Origin: Cyanobacteria bacterium SZAS-4
GTDB taxonomy: Bacteria; Cyanobacteriota; Vampirovibrionia; Obscuribacterales; Obscuribacteraceae
NCBI GenBank assembly: GCA_018266255.1
Contig: JAFEAT010000010.1
Location: 394,842 to 458,841 of the forward strand
Reading direction: 5' to 3'
DNA length: 64,000 bases
Both the position numbers and the translations under genes were made by a program. The notes beneath the pieces were generated by a model. The model was not told the DNA's origin and made no database searches. It worked only from the letters and a program-made list of their open reading frames with translations. Shown piece by piece: positions 9,997 to 17,745 of the stretch (its first letter is position 1; every line of letters begins with the position of its first letter).

Positions 9997-10902
9997 TTGA
10001 GTAAGAGTAAATACCGATCGTCTTCAGGCAACATGCTCAGCATGGTCGTTTTGGTCGGCATGGTACTACTTCTGGTGTGCGGTTGTGGTTTCGTGGTTTC
10101 TATTCTTTTCACATCCCATCATCGCAATCAGATGAAAGCCGACGACCTGGCGCTGAGTCTGGCTCTGGGGTTGAATAAACATAATTGGGTCGGACAGATG
10201 AACAACCTGGTCGAATCAGCTCGAGAACTTGTCTTCACCTCTAGAGATGCGCATGAAGAAGTGCTTGCTGACTACCCGCGCTTGAGATCGCTATCGGAGA
10301 GGCTTATGAACGAAGCAAGAGAATCGGCCGCGTTTGTAGAGAGGGAGAGGATTTCACTCGGACGAGAACTCTGTAAATCGGCTCAACACAGTGCCGCAGT
10401 TACCAACGAGCAACGGCAGGCACAGCCTTTATTCAGTCTGCCGTGGCTTGAAACTGAGACTATATCGGTGAAAGCGTTAGAGGTCGGCAGAATTCGCAAC
10501 GTACAAAGCAGTGCGCATCTACCTCAGGCTTTGCCTAGTTTGAAAGATTATGATATGCGCAAGGGCATAGCAAACAAACAGTCGGAGCTTTACAACAGTT
10601 GTGATAAAGCGGCGCTACCCTCACCAGATGATGACTTGCTATTCGCTTTTTGTTCGCTTCCCGCTGCCGTCGAAAAATCCATTCCGTCAGCACGAATAAC
10701 CGGTAACGATGCTTTTGAGCCGACCGCTCTCATATTCGACGACGGAATGAATTATTCAGCCAATCTCAAATCATTGCCTTCCGCAGTTCGCCTAACGGCG
10801 GTGATGAACGTTCGAGGCACTTTGAATCGCACTGTAAAACCGGGTGAAGTAAAAATAGTTGTTTCCGCAGCTTCGCCGGGTTCAGAGCCGGACTTTCCTT
10901 AA
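9997..10902 (+). CDS. Hypothetical membrane-anchored protein
   Basis: 301 aa, starting 3 nt after the previous stop. One N-terminal hydrophobic helix, MLSMVVLVGMVLLLVCGCGFVVSILF. The start is uncertain (TTG 9997 or ATG 10033). Confidence 0.55.
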   Translation: MSKSKYRSSSGNMLSMVVLVGMVLLLVCGCGFVVSILFTSHHRNQMKADDLALSLALGLNKHNWVGQMNNLVESARELVFTSRDAHEEVLADYPRLRSLSERLMNEARESAAFVERERISLGRELCKSAQHSAAVTNEQRQAQPLFSLPWLETETISVKALEVGRIRNVQSSAHLPQALPSLKDYDMRKGIANKQSELYNSCDKAALPSPDDDLLFAFCSLPAAVEKSIPSARITGNDAFEPTALIFDDGMNYSANLKSLPSAVRLTAVMNVRGTLNRTVKPGEVKIVVSAASPGSEPDFP

Positions 10903-11050
10903 TCAATAGAATCGGCGTGGGGATTGTACTCACGAATCTGGTCAGGCGTGGGGGAAATTCCCGCGTTGTGATTGAAATACGAATTGCTCAGCAGCATGTG
11001 CGCCGCTAATCTATGATCATGTTCAACGAGTGTGAAAGAGTCTTCGAACA

Positions 11051-11272
11051 ATGGTTGTAATCGATCCAACTTTGCCAATTATGGAGCTGCTGAAGATGGC
11101 AGCTGATAATCATCATAAGCGCATTGAATTGGCGGAAGACGAAAAGCGCGAATTGATCGCTTTGCTGAAAAAGAAGGCGATGGATGAGCTCGAATACGGT
11201 CAAGAAATCGAACTCGATACGGTGCGTCTAATTCGCAGGGTCACAGGGGCCGTCGGCGTCTATTTTACCTAA
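11051..11272 (+). CDS. Small hypothetical helical protein (weak call)
   Basis: 73 aa with charged helical-looking sequence (RIELAEDEKRELIALLKKKAMDELEYGQEIELD). No clear Shine-Dalgarno. It overlaps an equally short antisense ORF. Confidence 0.25.
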   Translation: MVVIDPTLPIMELLKMAADNHHKRIELAEDEKRELIALLKKKAMDELEYGQEIELDTVRLIRRVTGAVGVYFT

Positions 11273-11351
11273 GCGAATTGTTCGGACTGGCGAATTTTTT
11301 CTAGCGAAGTACTAGCGATTTATCTTCGATTGCAGATCGTAGTTTTGACTC

Positions 11352-11416
11352 GGGATCTTTATAGTCTGGGATCTTTATAGTCTCGGGATCTTGTAGTCTC
11401 GGGATCTTTATAGACT
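11352..11416. repeat. Four contiguous 16-17-nt direct repeats (GGGATCTTTATAGTCTC)
   Basis: Units are 11352-11367, 11368-11384, 11385-11400 (1-nt deletion) and 11401-11416 (1 substitution). They are non-coding and lie about 270 nt upstream of the 556-aa gene. Confidence 0.9.
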
Positions 11417-11600
11417 AAGGGCACCTTTAAACAGGTCAGCTCCGCACAAGATACCCAGCTCTTAATCTTAAAAGGCTCACGGGTGCCAAAATCTATGAAC
11501 TCGACGGTTCCTCTTGATTTGGTAATGTCTCGGTAATGTCCATTTCTTATACTTCGTTCACAAGTTGAAGTTGAACTTACTAGCAACACCGACTGCTTCG

Positions 11601-11610
11601 CCCCCCCCCC
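11601..11610. repeat. Homopolymeric C10 tract in a gene leader
   Basis: Ten consecutive C, flanked by G (11600) and T (11611), 76 nt upstream of ATG 11686. Confidence 0.95.
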
Positions 11611-11685
11611 TAATGAACGAACTACCCGCCACTACCCCCGGTGGCACCGCGATGCTGCGGATAACACCCAATGAGGATCGACATA

Positions 11686-13341
11686 ATGGCAAGAACAGCA
11701 GATGCTCCACAGACTAAAGAAGAGAAGAAAGGTACCGATCGCGTTGAATCAGCTATTGCTAAAAGCCCCTCGGATCCAAGCCCATTCTTGAAAGAGTTGG
11801 ACTCTATTACTGGTCCTGCACAAGCGAAAGCTTTGTCTCAATTAGACAAAGATGGCTACGGAACACGCGCCGAAGGCCTTCAAGCTCAAAAAATTATGAG
11901 CGATTTGCACGGCGTGAAGAGTACATTTGGCTACGGTGAAATCACCAAAGACGATATCAAAAGTTATGGCGACAATGCTAAGAGCCCCGCTGAGAAAGCT
12001 TTAGCACAGAGACTGCAAGACCACTTCACTCAAATTTCTCAAGACGGCAAAGTGATCAGCCAGGCTGATATTACTAAATATTTGGGGCAAGAACAGAACA
12101 AGGCTGACATGCGTAACCTGCATGCCAAAGATCCTGCAACAGGCAAGACTCTTCTTGACTCCGTCAGCGACGGTAAGGGCGGTGTATCCGGCGATGCTTT
12201 AGACAAGAAACTTGCAGATCCAAATTTGACCGCTGCAGATAGAGCCAGCTTAGAGCGCTTGAACGCTGCTCGTGATAAGTCTACTTTCATGCGCACTCCG
12301 CAAGGCGATCTGACAGCCGATCAAGTCAAGAAAATGGACGAGAATGCTGGTCTGAAGCCCGAAGATATTAGCAAGCTGAAGAAGCAGGCCGAACCTCAAG
12401 GTGCTGACCAACAGGCGACGCAAGCAGCATTGACTGACTTGAACACAAAGCCAGGTGGCGGACAGAGCCTGTTGGATAAGATCGGTGATGGTAAAGGTGG
12501 AGTCGATGCCGCTAAGGTTCAAGACTTCTTGGCTCATCCAGAGCGCCATAACCTCACTCCAGAAAATGCGAAGACTCTTAAAACTCTCAACGACAAAATT
12601 GAGCAGAATCAGTTCAGCACCCCAGGCATGGATGGTGGCATCTCACCTCGCATGAATCTCAGTCAGGGTGATTTGCAAAAGATGGGTGCAGACGCTGGAG
12701 TCAACTACGACAAGATTGCTGCTAAACCACTGACTCCACCCGAGTCGGCAGACCAGAAAGGTCGTGAAGCACAGTTCCAGCACTTGTTCGAAAGCAAAAA
12801 TGGCAAGCCAAGTTTGTACGATCAGATGAAAGGACCAGATGGTGGCATCCCTGCTGCCAACCTGGACAAGGCTCTCGCCAATCCAAACTTGAGTCAAGCA
12901 GACCGTGCATCACTGGCTTATCTCAAAAACTTGCAGCCAGACGGTTACTTCAGCAAAGATAATTTCTCCAAAGAAGAAATCGCAGCCAAAGCGCGTGAGC
13001 ACAACATGAAGCCTGAGGCCATCAAGAAAGCAGGCATTGATGCACCACCTGTTAAGGCTCCTGAAGTGGCTCCAGCTGCAACTGGCGGAGAAATCAAACC
13101 AGAAGGTCATAAGGCACTCACTGTTCAATCGGGTCAAGGTTACTTCCATGTTGCAGAGCGTCTTCTCTCCGAAGCGCACAAAGGTGACAAGAAGTACGAA
13201 CCAAGTCAGAAAGAACTGAAGGAGTTGGTAACTCAACTGAAGCATGCAAACGGCAATCGTAAGTCGTTGAACAGCAAAGAAGAGCTCAAGATCGACGATG
13301 CAATCAGACACAACCCAGCACTGGCAGGATTGTTTGCCTAA
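11686..13341 (+). CDS. Hydrophilic repeat protein with three ~95-aa internal repeats and a LysM-like C-terminal module (maximal ORF from 11671)
   Basis: ATG 11686 is preceded by GAGGA (11673-11677). There is no signal peptide. Repeats carry ...LLDSVSDGKGGVSGDALDKKLADPNLTAADRASLERLN..., ...LLDKIGDGKGGVDAAKVQDFLAHPERHNLTPENAKTLKTLN... and ...LYDQMKGPDGGIPAANLDKALANPNLSQADRASLAYLKN.... I could assign no function. Confidence 0.75.
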   Translation: MARTADAPQTKEEKKGTDRVESAIAKSPSDPSPFLKELDSITGPAQAKALSQLDKDGYGTRAEGLQAQKIMSDLHGVKSTFGYGEITKDDIKSYGDNAKSPAEKALAQRLQDHFTQISQDGKVISQADITKYLGQEQNKADMRNLHAKDPATGKTLLDSVSDGKGGVSGDALDKKLADPNLTAADRASLERLNAARDKSTFMRTPQGDLTADQVKKMDENAGLKPEDISKLKKQAEPQGADQQATQAALTDLNTKPGGGQSLLDKIGDGKGGVDAAKVQDFLAHPERHNLTPENAKTLKTLNDKIEQNQFSTPGMDGGISPRMNLSQGDLQKMGADAGVNYDKIAAKPLTPPESADQKGREAQFQHLFESKNGKPSLYDQMKGPDGGIPAANLDKALANPNLSQADRASLAYLKNLQPDGYFSKDNFSKEEIAAKAREHNMKPEAIKKAGIDAPPVKAPEVAPAATGGEIKPEGHKALTVQSGQGYFHVAERLLSEAHKGDKKYEPSQKELKELVTQLKHANGNRKSLNSKEELKIDDAIRHNPALAGLFA

Positions 13342-13387
13342 ATAAAATGCGCAGGAGTTGTCTCGATTTTAATTTGAGGTTTCGGTA

Positions 13388-13795
13388 ATGAGTACACAAG
13401 CACATCGCATGCTAAACAAATTTCGTCACGTCAGTCAAAATTCGAGACCTCCTGTTGCCACGTCATCCGTGACTTATGCAGCAAACGGTACCGACCCGGA
13501 TGCACCACCAATCTCAGCAGCAAGCGGCACTCATCAGAATCAACTGAAATATGAGAGACCTGATTTGCCACCGACCGAATTGCACCCAATGTTCACCAAC
13601 CAGTCGCTCGAAGAGTTGCTTAACGGTATTTCGAACTTGTTATTGCCACCACTTGCGCTTGCAGATGGCGGCGATGCATTCGATGGAGATGCCACGAATG
13701 ACTGGTTCTATCCTGGTCGTAGTCTGAGAAACGGAATGTTGCCAGACGTTGATCTTGTAGAAATTCAAGTATTGGAAATTTCCCAACTGTCCTAA
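13388..13795 (+). CDS. Hypothetical protein
   Basis: 135 aa. GAGG lies 9 nt upstream of the ATG. It sits 46 nt downstream of the 556-aa gene on the same strand and is followed by a terminator. Confidence 0.5.
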   Translation: MSTQAHRMLNKFRHVSQNSRPPVATSSVTYAANGTDPDAPPISAASGTHQNQLKYERPDLPPTELHPMFTNQSLEELLNGISNLLLPPLALADGGDAFDGDATNDWFYPGRSLRNGMLPDVDLVEIQVLEISQLS

Positions 13796-13923
13796 TTTAC
13801 TAAAATCCACTTTTTCTACGGAGGAATTGTTTCGAGATCACGGCCACAAGACTCTAATGGGGGGCTAAATCGAAAAGAACTCAAACTCTCGACAAAATAA
13901 TTACTAACATCAGCTAAGTACTG

Positions 13924-13966
13924 TCTGCCGTTTATGCGTCTGAAGCGCACAAGCGGCAGATTTTTT
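13924..13966 (+). terminator. Rho-independent terminator
   Basis: Stem TCTGCCG (13924-13930) pairs with CGGCAGA (13954-13960). An inner TGCG/CGCA pair is present, followed by TTTTTT (13961-13966). Confidence 0.6.
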
Positions 13967-14204
13967 GTCCAGTTTCGTAATACTGAAGACCGGCAACGTC
14001 CCACGTGCTGGTCTTTTCCGCTTCTCCCGATTGTTGTCATGCCTACGACACAAGTTTTTTCGTATTGTCTTTCTGTGAGGCGAAACGCCTTATACCCCGC
14101 CCGCAGTTTCAACACACTTACCAATATTTGCGAAGGTCACTACAAATGGTGGCGCTACGTGGATCAACCGATCGTGCCCCTTCATCATTTGAGGATTTTA
14201 TAGA

Positions 14205-15110
14205 ATGGCTAAATCAGAAGTACCAACCAGCGATGCGATTGTTGATCACATCAAATCGAAAGATTCGAGCAGCAATCTCTCCGATATCGCAAGAGAAATC
14301 CACGACATGATGGATCACACTAAGCCTGGTGCATCCGCTGCGGCTATGGCTAAAATCAATGAAGCTTTGCATGCCCAGGGAATTCTGCCAGGCGTTGACA
14401 TCACTGGTGTGCAAGGTCAGGACTTCGTCGGAGTAGTCACCAGCGATAAAGGGGAAGGTAACGTAATTAGAGTTGATTCTACAGACATAAGTCACCGAGA
14501 ACGGGACCAAACTGTAAACAAGACTGAGATCAATGGAAGACAGGCAACCATTGCGGCAGATGGCTCAGGCTTTGTCACTGTAAAGCCAGGCGACAACCCA
14601 TCTTTCATTGCTCGCGACATGCTTAAGTCGCAGGGACTGGCAAATCCAACTGCAAATGATATCGCAATGTATGAGCTCAAGCTTGAGGCTCTCAATGGTA
14701 AAGACATAGCGCACAAATTGCATCCAGGTGACGTTCTGAAATTGCCACCGGCCCTTAAGGATGGAATTGACAGCCAGTTCTTTGGTGAACGCGCTCTCGA
14801 CACTCTAGGTGATACTAAAACACAGCTCAACAGCGATTTGGCAGCAGCCCAGGCGGCAATCCAAAAAACTGGTCACTGGAATTGGTTTGGGGCGCCTTAC
14901 AGCATAAACATGGATGAAATCACTAGAGATATGAACAAACCTGGTTTAACAGATCAAGAAAAACGCGGATACCAGTACTTGAAGGACCACTTTAGTGAAA
15001 TCGCAGTTGACGGCAACGTCTGGGCCGACAAGCTGACGGACTGGAATACAAAGAAAGTCCAGGATGCTGAGCTGGCCTTCTTTAAAAACACGAATGGTGG
15101 AATGATGTAG
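14205..15110 (+). CDS. Hydrophilic paralog-family protein with a LysM-like module
   Basis: 301 aa. GAGGA lies 9 nt before the ATG and there is no signal peptide. VTVKPGDNPSFIARDMLKSQGLANPTANDIAMYELKLEALNGKDIAHKLHPGDVLKLP has a LysM-like beta-alpha-alpha-beta pattern. LKDHFSEIAVDGNV matches LQDHFTQISQDGKV in the 556-aa protein. Confidence 0.7.
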   Translation: MAKSEVPTSDAIVDHIKSKDSSSNLSDIAREIHDMMDHTKPGASAAAMAKINEALHAQGILPGVDITGVQGQDFVGVVTSDKGEGNVIRVDSTDISHRERDQTVNKTEINGRQATIAADGSGFVTVKPGDNPSFIARDMLKSQGLANPTANDIAMYELKLEALNGKDIAHKLHPGDVLKLPPALKDGIDSQFFGERALDTLGDTKTQLNSDLAAAQAAIQKTGHWNWFGAPYSINMDEITRDMNKPGLTDQEKRGYQYLKDHFSEIAVDGNVWADKLTDWNTKKVQDAELAFFKNTNGGMM

Positions 15111-15159
15111 GACTTTGTTCGCTTTGTTCAACTAAGCCACTGCATACGGTGCAATTCTA

Positions 15160-15189
15160 AAAGGTTCGCAGATTTTTTTGCGAACCTTT
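15160..15189. terminator. Bidirectional hairpin terminator between convergent genes
   Basis: AAAGGTTCGCA (15160-15170) pairs with TGCGAACCTTT (15179-15189) around a T-rich loop, flanked by A and T runs. Confidence 0.6.
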
Positions 15190-15235
15190 AGTTTACAAAG
15201 CGATCGAACTAAATTGCGCGGATATGGATTGGTGT

Positions 15236-15910
15236 TTACTGCTCAGAAAGTTTGTAACCAACGCCGTGAATATTTTGTATCAACGACGGCACTCCGTCAG
15301 TATCGATTTTGTTTCGCAGTTTTTTAACCGTAGATCTAATTGTCTCTGTAGATTTGTCAGAGTCGGCTGTCCAAACTCTTTCAAGCAGCTTATCAGTGCT
15401 AAAAACCTGATCTGGATGTCGCATCAAGAATTCCAAAAATGTAAATTCCATTCGTGCCAAATGAATCGGTTCACCGTCTTTGGTGACTGTGTGCTTGACG
15501 CAATCGAGCACCAGATTGCCAGCCTTCAAAGTGTTTGAATTTAAATTCGTTGGTCGACGCAATAGTGCCCGCACTCTCGCCGACAACTCTTTCAAGTGAA
15601 ATGGCTTTGTCAAGTAATCGTCGCCACCAGCATCGAATCCAATTTCCTTTTCGGTAACGGTGTCTTTACCTGTCAACATGAGAATCGGTGCGCGTCCGCC
15701 GTGATTCCTGTACTGTGTGCAGACCTCGATTCCATTCATCTTCGGCAGAGCTAGATCCAAAATGATCAAGTCATATTCATACGCTCGCATCATTTCAAGT
15801 CCATCGGTGCCAGTCTCGACATGCTCTACGAGATACTTTTCGAAGAGCAACCAGTCACGCACGGTTGTTGCTACTTGCATGTCATCTTCGACGATCAGAA
15901 TTTTTGCCAT
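15236..15910 (-). CDS. OmpR-family response regulator
   Basis: 224 aa. Receiver motifs KILIVEDD and DLIILDLALPKMNG. The C-terminal winged helix ends in IHGVGYKL. Confidence 0.9.
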   Translation of the reverse strand: MAKILIVEDDMQVATTVRDWLLFEKYLVEHVETGTDGLEMMRAYEYDLIILDLALPKMNGIEVCTQYRNHGGRAPILMLTGKDTVTEKEIGFDAGGDDYLTKPFHLKELSARVRALLRRPTNLNSNTLKAGNLVLDCVKHTVTKDGEPIHLARMEFTFLEFLMRHPDQVFSTDKLLERVWTADSDKSTETIRSTVKKLRNKIDTDGVPSLIQNIHGVGYKLSEQ

Positions 15911-16029
15911 GGTTATTGCTTTTGGAAGGAATGCCTGGGATCTTGTCTGTTATAACTTATTTTATCGTTCCTTTTCGAGTATCCGGCGTTATTGCGACAG
16001 CATTCCTGTCGTGCAATTGAGAACAGTTT

Positions 16030-17508
16030 ATGCGTTTTGATTTCAAGATAGCGCACGTCGGACTAATTCTAGTCTGCGTTCCGCTTGTCTTCGAACTGCT
16101 GTTCATTGGACTCTTGAACCACCTCGTGCAGCAAGCTGAAACTGAAATCAAGTATCAGAGCGCGGTGAAGGACATTGTCTACACAGCGAGCAGCGTTAAT
16201 ACGTTCGCCACTCAGATGGCAACCAACGTAGGTGGCTACAGCCTGACTCACAGCGAAAGTTTTCTCAAGAAATTTCTCGACAACGATATTAAGTGCAAAC
16301 AGGCTTTCGATCAGCTGGAAGAACAGCTGAAAAACGACCCAGAACATCTCGCTATGGCGCTGGAAGGACGGAAGTATGGCTTGCTGGGTTCACAGCTTCT
16401 GCACGACCTCTGCGACAGCATCTCGCGCGGCTCCGGCGGCAGAGACATGATTGCTGGACCAGGACAGCTTGTCAAAGTTAAGGGCATCATCGACAACATG
16501 ACAAAGTCGTTGCGGTCGATTATCAAAGATTATTTGGCTGTGGCGGAAGAGAGCCCCAAGCGCGAAGCGCAAAATCGAAAGTACTACCAGGTCGTAATTG
16601 TATTTGGTGTGAGTTTCAACATCTTGTTGGCAGTCTTTTTGGCAATTTTGTTCAGTAAAGCAATTACGTCAAAGGTTCGGATAATCAATGAGAATACTCT
16701 TCGTGTGCCGAAAGGACTGCCGTTGAACGAACCTGTAACAGGGATGGCCGAGATCGTGCAACTCGATCGTGTTTTCCATTCAATGGTGGATGAGTTGAAT
16801 GCCTCGAAAAAAATGCAACAGTATTTGATCGCTATGGTCAGTCACGATCTGCGTTCGCCCTTAACGTCGCTGCAGGGCATGTTGACCCTGCTCTCCGTAG
16901 GCGCACTGGGCACCCTGCCTGACAAAGCGCAGGCAAAGGTGGAATTGGCTGAGGCGGATTTAACGCGACTAATCAAGTTGACCAATGATCTTTTGGACAC
17001 GGAGCGTCTTGCCTCTGGCAAGCTCGATTTGAAAATCTTGTCAGCTTCGATGGAAGAGCTAATCGATTCGTCTCTTGAGTCGGTGCGCTCATTTGCAGAT
17101 CAGCACAAAATCAAGCTCAAGGCGGAAACAATTCCAATTGAAGTGGAGATGGATCCGAATCGTATTTTGCAGGTTTTGTGTAATTTTCTCACCAATGCCA
17201 TTAAGTACGCACCAGAAAATTCTCTTGTTACGGTGCGTTGTGAGAAGGATGGAAACTTCGTGCGTGCGTCAGTAATCGACCAGGGGCGCGGCGTTCCCAG
17301 GGAAAAACAGGAAGTGATATTCGAGAAATTCCAGCAAGTCGATGAGGCCGATGCTCGGGTCATGGGTGGTAAAGGATTGGGCTTGGCAATATGCAAATCC
17401 ATTGTTGAGCAACACGGTGGAACGCTCGGAGTTGTGAGCGAGAGCGGCAACGGTAGTGCCTTCTGGTTTCGCATACCAATTAGGACACCAAAAATTCACA
17501 GTGCTTAA
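16030..17508 (+). CDS. Membrane sensor histidine kinase
   Basis: 492 aa with two TM segments. H-box MVSHDLRSPLTSL, plus N, G1 and G2 boxes (FLTNAIKYAP, DQGRGVP, GKGLGLAICK). It is divergent from the response regulator across a 119-nt spacer. Confidence 0.9.
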   Translation: MRFDFKIAHVGLILVCVPLVFELLFIGLLNHLVQQAETEIKYQSAVKDIVYTASSVNTFATQMATNVGGYSLTHSESFLKKFLDNDIKCKQAFDQLEEQLKNDPEHLAMALEGRKYGLLGSQLLHDLCDSISRGSGGRDMIAGPGQLVKVKGIIDNMTKSLRSIIKDYLAVAEESPKREAQNRKYYQVVIVFGVSFNILLAVFLAILFSKAITSKVRIINENTLRVPKGLPLNEPVTGMAEIVQLDRVFHSMVDELNASKKMQQYLIAMVSHDLRSPLTSLQGMLTLLSVGALGTLPDKAQAKVELAEADLTRLIKLTNDLLDTERLASGKLDLKILSASMEELIDSSLESVRSFADQHKIKLKAETIPIEVEMDPNRILQVLCNFLTNAIKYAPENSLVTVRCEKDGNFVRASVIDQGRGVPREKQEVIFEKFQQVDEADARVMGGKGLGLAICKSIVEQHGGTLGVVSESGNGSAFWFRIPIRTPKIHSA

Positions 17509-17683
17509 TTAGTATCGAAATATCCGATTAGAGAACACAACGCAGAAGTGCCGACTGCATGTCTGGCACTGGTGCAATAGATTTTTTGAGTGCTGTATTC
17601 ACGGTGCCGCTTTGCCATGAACAAAAGTGCGCATCTTACCAAATTCGACCGCTAGTCAGTCCACTTTCAAAACGTTTGTCACT

Positions 17684-17731
17684 ACTAAGTCCTCCGTTTA
17701 CTAAATCCTCCTTTTACTAAGTCCGCCTTTT
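17684..17731 (+). repeat. Three contiguous 16-nt direct repeats containing CCTCC, immediately upstream of a start codon
   Basis: ACTAAGTCCTCCGTTT (17684-17699), ACTAAATCCTCCTTTT (17700-17715) and ACTAAGTCCGCCTTTT (17716-17731). The ATG of the 749-aa gene is at 17746. Confidence 0.9.
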
Positions 17732-17745
17732 AGATAGGTCATATC

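Noticed and set aside
11352-11416. Possible CRISPR array
   Set aside because: The units are only 16-17 nt and directly contiguous with no spacers. There are no cas genes in the window. I call it a simple tandem repeat.
12039-13311. Multiple minus-strand ORFs (63-133 aa) inside the 556-aa gene
   Set aside because: There are no SD sequences and the composition is antisense-like. The plus-strand frame has clear internal protein repeats and a strong SD.
13816-14310. ORFs of 89-102 aa on both strands in the 410-nt gap before the 301-aa gene
   Set aside because: They overlap each other and the terminator hairpin at 13924-13966. They lack SD sequences and have Arg/Cys-rich translations. I treat the region as non-coding.
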